A stretch of DNA of 64,000 nucleotides from Faecousia sp. (lineage in GTDB: Bacteria > Bacillota > Clostridia > Oscillospirales > Oscillospiraceae): positions 6,269-70,268 of the forward strand of contig JAZQJO010000036.1 of assembly GCA_045541695.1 (NCBI GenBank), read 5' to 3'. A program made the position numbers and the translations under genes. Under the pieces are notes generated by a model. That model saw nothing but the letters and a program-made list of their open reading frames with translations, was not told where the DNA came from and searched no databases. This document shows positions 17,750 to 27,649 of this stretch, piece by piece; position 1 is the first letter of the stretch; the number at the start of each line of letters is the position of its first letter.

Positions 17750-19827
17750 CCCGCGTCCGGGCAGGACTTGTGCTTGCGCTGTTTTGTATTGTCCTGCTTT
17801 TGTTCGGGCTGAAGCTGTATGACCTGCAGATCCTGAAGTCCGACGGTCAGTCCAGCGGCCAAAAGACATTCATCACCCGCACCACGGTCAAGGCCGCCCG
17901 GGGCGAGCTCCGGGACTGCAACGGCAATCCTTTGGTGACCAACCGGGCCAGCTATGATCTGGTGTTCAACCACTATGTGATCTGCAGCGCAGCCGGCACC
18001 AATGACCGTTTGATGCAGCTGGTACAGGTCTGCCGGGAAAAGAACATTTCCTACACGGAAAGCTTCCCGGTCTCCCAAACAACCCCCTTTGTTTATACCC
18101 ACGAGAATTTTACCACCACCCAGCAGGGCTATTTCCAGGCATATCTGCCTAAAGTGGCCGGCGGTCTGGACTCGGATATCACCGCTCCGCTTCTTATGCG
18201 CAAGCTGCGGGAGCATTACCGCATTCCCGACAGTTGGAGCGATGAGGATGCCCGGGCCGTGATCGGTCTGCGCTATGAGCTGGACCTTCGGCAGGGTGAC
18301 ATCACCAACCTGTCCAGCTATGTATTCATCACCGATGCCGACAGCGACACCCTGGCTTCCGTTCTGGAGCTGAACATTCCGGGCCTGCGGACAGAAGCCT
18401 CCACCGTCCGGGTGTATAACACCGAATACGCTGCCCACATTCTGGGTTATCTTGGCGCCGTGACCAAGGATCAATGGCAGGATTTCAAGAACTTGAAGGA
18501 CGAACACGGCAACGCCCTGTACTCCATGGACGCCCTGGTGGGACAGGACGGTCTGGAGGAGGCCTTTGAGCTGACGCTCCACGCCGTAGACGGTCTGCGG
18601 GAAGACGAAACCGCCGTGGACGGAACGGTCATCCGCTCCCGCTTTATCATCATGCCCAAGGCGGGCAACAACGTAGAGCTTTCCATTGATCTGAGTGTAC
18701 AGGCTGCGGCCGAACAGCAGCTGGAAGCGCTGATCACCGAGCTTCGTGCCAGCGGCGGCGACGGCTCCGACGCTGAAGGCGGCGCTGTGGTGGTGATGAA
18801 CGTCAAAACCGGCCAGATCCTTGCCTGCGCCAGCTATCCCACCTATAACCTGTCCACCTTCCGGGAGGACTATAACGACCTTCTGCAAACCGATTTTGAC
18901 CCGCTGTTCAACCGGGCGCTGCAAGCCCAGTATCCACCCGGCTCTACCTACAAAATGTCCATGGTCATTGCCGGTATCCACAGCGGCGTGATCTCCTCTT
19001 ATACAAAGATCGAGGACAAGGGCGTTTTCACCAAATACGCCTCCTCGGGCTTTACGCCCACCTGTCTTGCCTGGTCTGCCAACGGCCGCACCCATGAGCA
19101 CATCAATGCCATGCAGGCCCTGCAGAAATCCTGCAACTACTTCTTCTACGACATTGCAGACCGGATGACCATCGACATCATGGATGAAACCGCCAAGGGC
19201 CTGGGCCTGGGCGAAAAAACCGGCATTGAGCTGTTCGAGCGGACAGGCTACCGTGCAAACGCCGCCACAAAGGCGCTGCTGCACAAGGACGAGGGCACAT
19301 CCGGTTGGTATCCCGCCGACCAGATCTCCGCTTCCATCGGTCAGTCCGACAACCGGTTCACGCCGCTGCAGCTGTGTGTCTACACCTGCACCCTGGCAAA
19401 CCGTGGCGTGCGCTACAAGGCCACCTTCCTGAACCGGGTGCTGTCTTCTGACTACGGCATGCTTCTGGAAGAATACAAGCCCCAAATCGTCAGCACATTT
19501 GAAATTTCCGACGATGCCTACTTTGCCTACACCCAGGGCATGCGCATGGTGGCCATCGACGGCACTGCCGGCGGCATTTTCGGACCCAACTACCCGGTTG
19601 CGGTGGCTGCCAAGACCGGTACTGCCCAGACCGACAAGACCGACGCATCCGACAACGGCGCCTTCGTTTGCTACGCACCCTTTGACGATCCGGAGATCGC
19701 CGTGGTGGTCTACGGCGAAAAGGCAGGTCACGGTACCACCGTTGCCCAGATCGCCAAGGGCATTCTGGATGCCTACTTCCATGTCGGCACCGGCGACTCC
19801 GTCGGCGGCGAAAATCAGCTTGGCTGA
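17737..19827 (+). CDS. mrdA: Class B penicillin-binding protein (PBP2/MrdA-like)
   Basis: ARGELRD, SxxK (GSTYK), SxN (KSCN) and KTG motifs. Confidence 0.88.
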   Translation: MERITRVRAGLVLALFCIVLLLFGLKLYDLQILKSDGQSSGQKTFITRTTVKAARGELRDCNGNPLVTNRASYDLVFNHYVICSAAGTNDRLMQLVQVCREKNISYTESFPVSQTTPFVYTHENFTTTQQGYFQAYLPKVAGGLDSDITAPLLMRKLREHYRIPDSWSDEDARAVIGLRYELDLRQGDITNLSSYVFITDADSDTLASVLELNIPGLRTEASTVRVYNTEYAAHILGYLGAVTKDQWQDFKNLKDEHGNALYSMDALVGQDGLEEAFELTLHAVDGLREDETAVDGTVIRSRFIIMPKAGNNVELSIDLSVQAAAEQQLEALITELRASGGDGSDAEGGAVVVMNVKTGQILACASYPTYNLSTFREDYNDLLQTDFDPLFNRALQAQYPPGSTYKMSMVIAGIHSGVISSYTKIEDKGVFTKYASSGFTPTCLAWSANGRTHEHINAMQALQKSCNYFFYDIADRMTIDIMDETAKGLGLGEKTGIELFERTGYRANAATKALLHKDEGTSGWYPADQISASIGQSDNRFTPLQLCVYTCTLANRGVRYKATFLNRVLSSDYGMLLEEYKPQIVSTFEISDDAYFAYTQGMRMVAIDGTAGGIFGPNYPVAVAAKTGTAQTDKTDASDNGAFVCYAPFDDPEIAVVVYGEKAGHGTTVAQIAKGILDAYFHVGTGDSVGGENQLG

Positions 19828-19839
19828 TCATAAGTACAA

Positions 19840-19866
19840 AAAGGGACGGATAAAATCCGTCCCTTT
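19840..19866. terminator. Bidirectional terminator
   Basis: AAAGGGACGGA-TAAAA-TCCGTCCCTTT between convergent genes. Confidence 0.8.
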
Positions 19867-19868
19867 CT

Positions 19869-20543
19869 TTATCGGAATCGCAAATACATTTGCCCCGGCC
19901 GGAGCTTTGTGCCCCGCAGCCGTGCCAGCTCCGAAGCCGTCACCACCCGAAAGCCCCACTGGTGCAGCTTGTCTACAATGGCAAGCGCAGCATCCACCGA
20001 GCTGTCGCACATATCATGCAGCAATATCACATCGCCGTCATCCACATCTCCCAGCACCGCCGCTTCCACCGCATCGGCATCGTGAACGGCCCAATCTCTG
20101 GGGTCCACCGACCAGCCCAGGATCGCCAAGCCCATGCCGGCAGCTGCCGTCTTTACTGCATCGCTGACAGCGCCGCCGGGCGGGCGGAAGAACACCGGAT
20201 CGCACCCCTCCGGCAGCAGCCCCAGAGTGTCCCGGAGCTCTTTTTCCACCTGGGTTTTGCTCATGCGGCTCATGTTTTTATGGCTGTAGCCGTGGACGCC
20301 GATCTCATGCCCGGCGTCCCGGATGGCCCGGGCCAGCTTCGGATAGTCCTTCAGCCGGTAGCCGCAAAGCAAAAAGGTGGCCTTTACGCCCCGCTGGGCA
20401 AGGCCGTCCAAAAGCCGCTGTGTGTACCGCCCGGAAGGGCCGTCGTCAAAGGTCAGCGCCACATATTTTTCTTTTTCGGCAGCTTTTGCCTGTGGACACA
20501 GGGCAACCAGGCACAGCAGCGCCGCCACCATTCGTTTCAGCAT
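19869..20543 (-). CDS. Secreted polysaccharide deacetylase (NodB/CE4)
   Basis: Signal peptide plus TFDDGP, HGYSH, FRPPGG, DPRDW and LLHD motifs. Confidence 0.9.
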   Translation of the reverse strand: MLKRMVAALLCLVALCPQAKAAEKEKYVALTFDDGPSGRYTQRLLDGLAQRGVKATFLLCGYRLKDYPKLARAIRDAGHEIGVHGYSHKNMSRMSKTQVEKELRDTLGLLPEGCDPVFFRPPGGAVSDAVKTAAAGMGLAILGWSVDPRDWAVHDADAVEAAVLGDVDDGDVILLHDMCDSSVDAALAIVDKLHQWGFRVVTASELARLRGTKLRPGQMYLRFR

Positions 20544-20645
20544 AAAATCAACCCCACCCAAATATTCCGCTGCTTTACTTTTCCCCTGTTTGCTGTTATA
20601 ATACAAATTAAAAGAACTGGAAAAACTGGAATTAAAGGAGCATTT

Positions 20646-21704
20646 ATGCTGGAAAAACTGCGTGCTGTATGCGATCGCTTCGAGGAGCTTTGCGCCCGAT
20701 CCGAGCAGCCGGATTTTTATGCCGACCCGACTAAGGCTGCCAAGCTTTTGCGTGAAAAAAACGATCTTGAGCCTGTGGTGGAGGCTTTTCATGCCTATAA
20801 TGCTGCCCTGCAGGAAATGGCGGACGCCCAGGAGCTGATGAGCGATCCTGACATGAAAGCCTTTTGCCAGGAGACTTACCAAACCGCCAAGGAAGAAAGC
20901 GAACGGCTGTATAAAGAGTTGCAGATTTTGCTGCTGCCCAAAGATCCCAACGACGAAAAAAGCGTCATTGTGGAGATCCGGGGCGGCGTAGGCGGTGAAG
21001 AAAGCGCCCTGTTTGCCCACAGCTTGTTCCGAATGTACTCCATGTATGCCGCCCAAAAGGGTTGGACTGTGGAGCTTATGAACTATAACGACACCGAGCT
21101 TGGCGGTGTGAAGGAAGCGGATTTTGTCATCAACGGACGTGGCGCTTACTCCCGGATGAAATATGAATCCGGTGTCCACCGTGTGCAGCGTGTGCCGGAG
21201 ACAGAGTCCGGCGGCCGGGTGCATACCTCCACCGCAACGGTGGCTGTGCTGCCGGAAATGGAAGAGGTGGACGTGCAGATCAACCCTGCGGATATTGAAA
21301 TGCAGGTCTACCGGGCCTCCGGCGCCGGCGGTCAGCACGTTAACAAGACAAGCTCCGCCGTGCGGCTGATCCACAAGCCCTCGGGCATCGTGGTGGCCTG
21401 CCAGGAAGAGCGAAGCCAGCTGCAAAACCGGGAAAAATGCATGCGGATGCTGGCCTCCAAGCTCTACGAGATCGAGCAGGAAAAGTTAGACAACGCCGTT
21501 ACCGGTATGCGCCGCAGTCAGGTGGGCACAGGCATGCGCAACGAGCGCATCCGCACCTATAATTTCCCCCAGGGCCGGGTCACCGATCACCGTGTGGGTC
21601 TGACCCTTTATAAGATCGACGCTGTGATGGACGGCGCGCTGGACGAGATCATCGACGCCCTGGCCACCGCCGACCAGGCCGAAAAATTAAAGAACGCACA
21701 ATAA
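20646..21704 (+). CDS. prfA: Peptide chain release factor 1
   Basis: GGQ motif and RF1-type PxT tripeptide (RVPETESGGRVHTS). Confidence 0.97.
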   Translation: MLEKLRAVCDRFEELCARSEQPDFYADPTKAAKLLREKNDLEPVVEAFHAYNAALQEMADAQELMSDPDMKAFCQETYQTAKEESERLYKELQILLLPKDPNDEKSVIVEIRGGVGGEESALFAHSLFRMYSMYAAQKGWTVELMNYNDTELGGVKEADFVINGRGAYSRMKYESGVHRVQRVPETESGGRVHTSTATVAVLPEMEEVDVQINPADIEMQVYRASGAGGQHVNKTSSAVRLIHKPSGIVVACQEERSQLQNREKCMRMLASKLYEIEQEKLDNAVTGMRRSQVGTGMRNERIRTYNFPQGRVTDHRVGLTLYKIDAVMDGALDEIIDALATADQAEKLKNAQ

Positions 21705-22175
21705 AGGCTTCTCCTTGAGGAGAAGCTGTCAGCGGAGCTGACTGATGAGGTGGAAAATGAACAATACGCACAATCTAAAACTTTCGCCAAATGCCAGAAG
21801 TTTGCGTAAGAATATGACCAAAGAGGAGCGCCATCTGTGGTATGACTTCTTGAAAACACTGCCATTGACAGTTCATCGTCAAAAGATTTTAGGACAGTAT
21901 ATTGTGGATTTTTATGTGGCATCGAAGAAAATTGTCATAGAATTGGATGGGTCGCAGCATTATGAGGATGCCGGGAAAATAAAAGACGCGGAAAGAGATG
22001 CGTATTTACAAAGCGTTGGATGCATAGTTTTGCGATATTCCAATGCGGATGTCAACCAAAGATTCACAAGCGTATGTGAAGACATATACAGCCACCTGCA
22101 AGAAAAATAGATTGATACACCTCATCCGTCAAAAACCGGAGATTTTTGACACCTTCTCCTCAAGGAGAAGGCTTT
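21703..22175 (+). mobile_element. Putative autonomous element: DUF559 gene bracketed by A/B double-hairpin inverted arms
   Basis: Left arm (21703-21752) AAGGCTTCTCC-TTGA-GGAGAAGC-TGTCAGC-GGA-GCTGACTG-ATGAGGTG. Right arm (from 22118) reverse-complements to AAAGCCTTCTCC-TTGA-GGAGAAGG-TGTCAAAAA..TTTTTGACGG-ATGAGGTG. Mobility is inferred. Confidence 0.7.
21757..22110 (+). CDS. DUF559 / Vsr-like endonuclease domain protein
   Basis: ARSLRKNMTKEERHLW, RQ..IVDFY, IELDGSQH and RD..L...G..VLRY motifs; visibly more AT-rich than its neighbours. Confidence 0.92.
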   Translation: MNNTHNLKLSPNARSLRKNMTKEERHLWYDFLKTLPLTVHRQKILGQYIVDFYVASKKIVIELDGSQHYEDAGKIKDAERDAYLQSVGCIVLRYSNADVNQRFTSVCEDIYSHLQEK

Positions 22176-22188
22176 GAAAGGAAACACT

Positions 22189-22626
22189 ATGGAATTTATC
22201 ACCACCTCCCCGTTTGAAACTGAATATGTGGGACAGGCGCTGGGCAAGATTCTGCAGCCCGGCGCAGTGATCGCCTACGAGGGAGATCTGGGCGCAGGTA
22301 AAACCGCCTTTACCCGTGGCCTTGCCCGGGGTTTGGGCTGCACCGACACTGTCACCAGCCCTACCTACACCGTGGTCAACGAATACCTTAGCGGACGGCT
22401 GCCGCTGTTCCACTTTGACATGTACCGCCTAAAAAGTGCCGACGACCTTTGGGACATCGGCTGGGAGGATTATCTGGACCGGGGCGGCGTATGCGCCGTG
22501 GAATGGAGCGAAAACGTCCGCAGTGCTATGGAAAATGCCATTACCGTCCGCATTGAAAAAACCGGGATCGACACCCGGCGCATCACCATTGAAGGAGGGG
22601 AAGAGCTTGCTTCTTTTAGCCTTTGA
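22189..22626 (+). CDS. tsaE: tRNA t6A biosynthesis ATPase TsaE
   Basis: GDLGAGKT, SPTY, HFDMYRL and VEW motifs. Confidence 0.96.
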   Translation: MEFITTSPFETEYVGQALGKILQPGAVIAYEGDLGAGKTAFTRGLARGLGCTDTVTSPTYTVVNEYLSGRLPLFHFDMYRLKSADDLWDIGWEDYLDRGGVCAVEWSENVRSAMENAITVRIEKTGIDTRRITIEGGEELASFSL

Positions 22627-23314
22627 GACCTCGGCAAAAGCCGCTTCCGTTGCTTTGTTTCGTGACGGGCAAATGTTGGGCGAACAATATCAGAATTCCG
22701 GCCTGACCCACTCCCAGACCCTTATGGTCATGGCGCAGGAACTGCTAAAGCAGTGCGGCGTGGCCCCTGCACAGGTGCAGGGCGTGGCTGTGGCGGCAGG
22801 CCCGGGCAGCTTTTCCGGCGTACGCATCGGCGTAGCGGCGGCAAAGGGCTTTGCCTGGGGCGCGCAGCTGCCTCTTTACGGCGTGTCCACCCTGGAAGCC
22901 ATGGCCCTAGGGCTGGGCCTTTCTCAGGGCATCATCTGCCCCGTTATGGACGCCCGGCGCAGCCAGGTCTACAACGCCCTTTTTGAAATGCAGGACGGAA
23001 ACTGCGTCCGTCTGACCGAAGACCGGGCCATTTCCCTGGAAGATTTGGGCACAGAACTGAAAAATTTCGAAAAACCGATTTTTTTGGTTGGAGACGGCAG
23101 CATTTTGTGCTATAATACCTTGCGCAAGGAGCTGCCCGGTCTGATCCTGCCGCCGGAACACCGTATGCACCAGCGTGCCTGCGGCGTGGGCCTTGCCGCA
23201 TTGGCGCAGATCGCCCGGGGCGAGAGCGGCGATGCCCTTTCCCTCGTTCCCAATTACCTGCGGCTTTCCCAGGCAGAGCGGGAGCGGCTGGAGCGGGAGC
23301 AAAACAATAAATAA
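22607..23314 (+). CDS. tsaB: tRNA t6A biosynthesis protein TsaB
   Basis: TTG start MLLLAFETS, then [11 protein letters not shown] and MDARRSQVY. Confidence 0.94.
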   Translation: MLLLAFETSAKAASVALFRDGQMLGEQYQNSGLTHSQTLMVMAQELLKQCGVAPAQVQGVAVAAGPGSFSGVRIGVAAAKGFAWGAQLPLYGVSTLEAMALGLGLSQGIICPVMDARRSQVYNALFEMQDGNCVRLTEDRAISLEDLGTELKNFEKPIFLVGDGSILCYNTLRKELPGLILPPEHRMHQRACGVGLAALAQIARGESGDALSLVPNYLRLSQAERERLEREQNNK

Positions 23315-23351
23315 ACGCCGACGGGCGCGTAAAAATAAGGAGATAGAAATT

Positions 23352-23981
23352 ATGACGAAAGTACATGTTCTTGACCACCCTCTGATCCAGCACAAGCTGG
23401 CGATCCTGCGTAACAAGCGGACAAGCGTGAAAGAATTCCGTGAGCTGGTCGGCGAAATTTCCGGTCTGATGTGCTATGAAGCTACCCGGAACCTGCCCAC
23501 CCGTGAGGTGGAGGTGCAGACCCCCGTGGCTCTGGCAAAGTGCCGGGTGCTTGCCGGCAAGAAGCTGGCCATCGTTCCCATCCTGCGTGCAGGTCTGGGC
23601 ATGGTGGAGAGCATGGTGGATCTGATCCCCTCCGCAAAGATCGGTCACATCGGTCTGTACCGTGACCCCGAGACCCACAAACCTGTGGAATACTACTGCA
23701 AGGTGCCTGAAGATATTGAAAACCGCCAGGTCTTCGTTGTGGATCCCATGCTGGCCACCGGCGGCAGCGCCGTTGCAGCCATCGACTTTTTGAAGCAGCA
23801 CGGCTGCCGCAACATCATTATGATGAACATCATCGGCTGCCCCGAAGGCGTTAAGGCTGTGCAGGAGGCCCATCCCGACGTGGATATCTATCTGGCCGCC
23901 ATGGACGAGCGCCTGAATGAACACGCCTACATCATCCCCGGTCTGGGCGATGCCGGCGACCGCATTTTCGGCACAAAGTAA
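23352..23981 (+). CDS. upp: Uracil phosphoribosyltransferase
   Basis: [18 protein letters not shown] and [17 protein letters not shown] motifs. Confidence 0.98.
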   Translation: MTKVHVLDHPLIQHKLAILRNKRTSVKEFRELVGEISGLMCYEATRNLPTREVEVQTPVALAKCRVLAGKKLAIVPILRAGLGMVESMVDLIPSAKIGHIGLYRDPETHKPVEYYCKVPEDIENRQVFVVDPMLATGGSAVAAIDFLKQHGCRNIIMMNIIGCPEGVKAVQEAHPDVDIYLAAMDERLNEHAYIIPGLGDAGDRIFGTK

Positions 23982-24024
23982 TGAGCAAAAAGCTTCCCCG
24001 GCAGAATCTCTGCCGGGGATTTTT

Positions 24025-24759
24025 TTAGCATTGTGACAGGGTCTGACAGATCTTGCTGATCAGCTGGGGCGTTAGGGTCTTGGGTGCAGACCGGATCTGC
24101 CGCAGCATACGCTGCGCACCGGTTTTGCCTGCGTACACCGCCGTTTCGCCCGGTTTGCCGGTCAGCTGCACCCCAGTCTGGGGATTTACAAACAGCACCG
24201 CAGCATCCACATGGACCTTGCAGCCCCGGTCCCGGAGGTAATGGGCCAGGCGGTAAACGTGGGTCCCCACCTGCTTGACCGGATTATAAAGGGTTTTGGC
24301 GTAAGCGCCGCCACGCCTGCCGGTTTTGTGCTGGGTCCATTGGGTATCCTCGTAACTGCCACGGATATTTCCGTTATGGCTTTTCGTTTCGATGACGTAA
24401 ACGCCTGTGGGGCCGACCACCACCAGATCCAGCTCGCTTTCCCTGCCCTGATGGCGGACCGTCAGATTCTGAAAACCGAAATAGCCGTCTGGCAGGCCGG
24501 AAATTAAGGCTGCGGTTGCATTTTCCCCGTCGATGCCGGTGCGGTAGGTGGCCGTTTTTTGTCCGGAAAGCACCCCTGCGCCCAAAAAGAGGAACGTACC
24601 CACAGCGCCGCCCAGGATCAGCGGCGGCAGGACCGTCACCGAGCCAAGCAGGCATGCGCCGCCGCAAAGCGCCGCCAGAAGAGCAAATGCCCAGGTCATG
24701 CGCCTGCTGCGGTTATACGCCCGGTCCAGCTTTGTCTTTTTCTTGATGATCTGTGCCAT
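24025..24759 (-). CDS. Membrane-anchored NERD (nuclease-related domain) protein
   Basis: Two N-terminal TM segments, then GE, ELDLVVVGPTGVYVIETK and NPVKQ motifs. Confidence 0.85.
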   Translation of the reverse strand: MAQIIKKKTKLDRAYNRSRRMTWAFALLAALCGGACLLGSVTVLPPLILGGAVGTFLFLGAGVLSGQKTATYRTGIDGENATAALISGLPDGYFGFQNLTVRHQGRESELDLVVVGPTGVYVIETKSHNGNIRGSYEDTQWTQHKTGRRGGAYAKTLYNPVKQVGTHVYRLAHYLRDRGCKVHVDAAVLFVNPQTGVQLTGKPGETAVYAGKTGAQRMLRQIRSAPKTLTPQLISKICQTLSQC

Positions 24760-24763
24760 AACC

Positions 24764-25237
24764 TCAGAAGCCTTCCTGCCGGCGCAGCCTGCGCATTTGC
24801 CTGCGCTTTTGGGCCGCTTCCTGCTCCAGCCGCTGTTCTTCGGTTTCCACGCAAAGCGCCGGCACTTCCTCCGGCTGGCCCTTGCAGTTGATACAGACCA
24901 TGTCGATATAGGCCCGGTTGATCATTTCCCGGCTGCCGTCCAGAGCTTCCCGGTAGGTATCCACCCGGACCTCCATGGAAGAACGCCCCACGCTGGTGAT
25001 CATGCCCCGCAAAACCACCATGTCGCCGGTATAGGCCGGCGCCTGGAACTGGAGATTGTCAATGGCTGCCGTGGTCACCGTGCCGCCGCAATGGCGCATG
25101 GCAACAATGCCCGCCAGCTCATCGATCCACTTAAGAAGCTGGCCGCCAAAGAGTCTGCCGTAGTGATTGATGTGAGCCGGGCAAACAAGATACTGCTGCT
25201 CCGTCAAAGAATCCGCCGCTTTTTTCGCAGGTCTCAT
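24764..25237 (-). CDS. Hotdog-fold acyl-CoA thioesterase
   Basis: HINHYGRLFGGQLLKWIDE and VGRSSMEV motifs. Confidence 0.9.
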   Translation of the reverse strand: MRPAKKAADSLTEQQYLVCPAHINHYGRLFGGQLLKWIDELAGIVAMRHCGGTVTTAAIDNLQFQAPAYTGDMVVLRGMITSVGRSSMEVRVDTYREALDGSREMINRAYIDMVCINCKGQPEEVPALCVETEEQRLEQEAAQKRRQMRRLRRQEGF

Positions 25238-25253
25238 AGGCTTTTCCTCTCTA

Positions 25254-26630
25254 TCAGTCGTTAAATTCCCACAAAACTTCCCGAATGATCTCGCTGACCG
25301 TGGGATGGGGGAAGATGATCTGCCGGGCATCGGTGACCCGCAGCTGCAGCTCGATCATTTCCGCTGCGCCCCAGATGATCTCGCCGGCGTAAGCGCCCAA
25401 CATATGGACACCTAGAATATTGCGTCGCTTTTTGTCGATCAGCACCTTGCACAGGCCGTCCGCGCCCTCGTTTTCCGCAACAAAACGTCCGGAATAGACC
25501 ATGGGCAGCTTCGCCATTTCGTAATCGATACCCTTTTCCCGGCATTCTTCCTCGGTCTTACCTACGGAAGCGATCTCCGGCTGGGTGTAGATCACGGAAG
25601 GATTGGCATGGTAGCGCATGTAATCCGCCTTGCCCAGAATGGTACTGACCGCCACTTCCGCTTCCCGGTAGGCGGTGTGGGCCAGCATGTGGTGGCCGTT
25701 GACGTCGCCAATGGCGTAGACATCTTTCACGTTGGTACGGCAGCAGGGGTCGGTGCGGATGCCGGTGCGCTCCGTTTCCACGCCGATGGTCTCCAGACCG
25801 ATGCCCGCATAGTTGGCACGGCGACCCACAGACAGCAGCACCTTTTCGGCGGTAATCTCCAGCTTCTGCCCATTGGGCGCTTCCACCAAGACCTTGCCCG
25901 GCTCCACACCCAGGCACTTATGTCTCAGCAAAAACACGATACCTTTGGCTTCCAGCTGCTTTTGCAGCATGGTGCTGATCTCTCGGTCCGTTGCTCCGGC
26001 AATATGGTCCAGCGCTTCCACCACGGTGACCTTGGCGCCGACAGTTGCATAATAAGCCGCCATTTCCAGACCGATGACACCGCCGCCGATCACCGTCAGC
26101 GTTTCCGGGATCTCCGTTAGCTCCAGCACTTCCCGGTTGGTCATGACAAAATCGCCCAGATTTTCTCTGACACCGGGAATGGGCGGCACAGCAGGAGAAG
26201 AGCCGGTGGCGATGATCAGCTTTTTGCCCACGAAACTGCCCTTTTGGCAGGTAACCCGGAAGCCCTCTGCTGTCTTGCCTTGAATGGCCGCTTCTTCCAC
26301 CACAACAGTGACGCCATGAGCCCGCATTTTCGCCTTTACGCCGGAAACCAGCGTACGGACCACCTTGGCCTTCCGGTCGATGACCGCCTTCTGGTCGATC
26401 CTTACATTTTCGCACTTCACGCCGTAATCTGCGCCGTGGAGGGCGTGGTCATAGGTCTTTGCAGAATTGAGAAGGGCCTTGGAGGGAATGCAGCCCTCGT
26501 TCAGGCACACGCCGCCTAAAGAACGTTTTTCAAAAAGCAATGTCTTCAGACCTGCCTGCGCTGCCCGCTCAGCGGCAAGGTAGCCGCCCGGGCCGCCGCC
26601 CAGTACGATCAGATCAAAAATATCAGCCAT
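25254..26630 (-). CDS. lpdA: Dihydrolipoyl dehydrogenase
   Basis: GGGPGGY, GGVCLNEGCIPSK, GGGVIGLE and HPTVSE motifs. Confidence 0.93.
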   Translation of the reverse strand: MADIFDLIVLGGGPGGYLAAERAAQAGLKTLLFEKRSLGGVCLNEGCIPSKALLNSAKTYDHALHGADYGVKCENVRIDQKAVIDRKAKVVRTLVSGVKAKMRAHGVTVVVEEAAIQGKTAEGFRVTCQKGSFVGKKLIIATGSSPAVPPIPGVRENLGDFVMTNREVLELTEIPETLTVIGGGVIGLEMAAYYATVGAKVTVVEALDHIAGATDREISTMLQKQLEAKGIVFLLRHKCLGVEPGKVLVEAPNGQKLEITAEKVLLSVGRRANYAGIGLETIGVETERTGIRTDPCCRTNVKDVYAIGDVNGHHMLAHTAYREAEVAVSTILGKADYMRYHANPSVIYTQPEIASVGKTEEECREKGIDYEMAKLPMVYSGRFVAENEGADGLCKVLIDKKRRNILGVHMLGAYAGEIIWGAAEMIELQLRVTDARQIIFPHPTVSEIIREVLWEFND

Positions 26631-26644
26631 AGGAATATCCTCCT

Positions 26645-27649
26645 CTAGTCAATCAGTTCCCGGAAGCCGGGTGTCATATATTCATTTCCCGCTGCGTCAT
26701 ACCACAGCGCCTGGGCGCTGCTGCGCTCCGCCAGAGCCTGTCCCTGCTCCAGCGGCAGCAGGAAAAGCGCCGTAGACAGGGCATCCGCCAAAGCGGAATC
26801 CAGGCAAACCACCGTAACGCTGCGCCACAATCCTCCGGGCATTTGGGTAGCCGGGTCGATGATGTGATGGTACTGCTTGCCTTCCACCGTATAGGTGCGC
26901 TGATAGTCGCCGCTGGTGACCGCAGCACCCTTTTCCAGACGGAGCCGTTGCAGGTACTCACCGCCGCCGGCCGGATCTTGGACGCCGATGCGCCAGAAGC
27001 TGCCGTCAGCCTTCGCTCCGGTGGCGCAGACGTTGCCGCCTATGCTGATGAGCATGCCGGCAGGCGCATTTTCCGCCACACGTTGGGCAGCCCAGCCTTT
27101 GGCGATGGCGCCCACATCCAAAGACATTTCCGGGTCAGCAAGAAACACCGTGGAAGCCTTTTCGTCAAGGATGACGTTATCCATATTCGTATGCTCCGCC
27201 GCCTTTGCCAAGGCTTCAGCATCCGGCAAACGGGCATTTTCCGGGTCGTTCAGACCGGCAGTCCGGGCTTCATGCCACAGCCGCAGGACGCTGCCCATGG
27301 CGGCGTTGACCTTGCCGCCGGTCAAAACATAGTATTCCTTACAAGTTAGAAGCAGTTCGATAACAGCCGGGTCCACCTTTACCGGAGCGACACCGGCATT
27401 GTCGTTGACGGTCTTGAGATTGGCAATGCCGTCATAGTCATTATAAATGTCGAACAGCCGGTGATACCGGGCAAGCGCCTCATAAATATTCTGAGCATTT
27501 TGCCGGAACTGCGCCGCCGTGCCACCGCCTATGACGGTGGTCACCGTGTCGAAAAGGTCCAAATAGGAAGCGTTATGCTGCTCCGGTGCGACGGTGCAGC
27601 CGCTCAGAAGCATGGCAAGCAGCAGCAAAATGGCTGTGCATTTTTTCAT
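26645..27649 (-). CDS. apbE: FAD:protein FMN transferase (ApbE) lipoprotein
   Basis: Lipobox LLSGC, then DVGAIAKG, TSGDYQR, HHIIDP and ADALSTA. Confidence 0.93.
   Translation of the reverse strand: MKKCTAILLLLAMLLSGCTVAPEQHNASYLDLFDTVTTVIGGGTAAQFRQNAQNIYEALARYHRLFDIYNDYDGIANLKTVNDNAGVAPVKVDPAVIELLLTCKEYYVLTGGKVNAAMGSVLRLWHEARTAGLNDPENARLPDAEALAKAAEHTNMDNVILDEKASTVFLADPEMSLDVGAIAKGWAAQRVAENAPAGMLISIGGNVCATGAKADGSFWRIGVQDPAGGGEYLQRLRLEKGAAVTSGDYQRTYTVEGKQYHHIIDPATQMPGGLWRSVTVVCLDSALADALSTALFLLPLEQGQALAERSSAQALWYDAAGNEYMTPGFRELID

Noticed and set aside
21703-22175. Classical IS element
   Set aside because: It has no DDE, HUH or serine/tyrosine recombinase motifs and no visible target-site duplication. 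It is reported instead as a candidate non-classical element.
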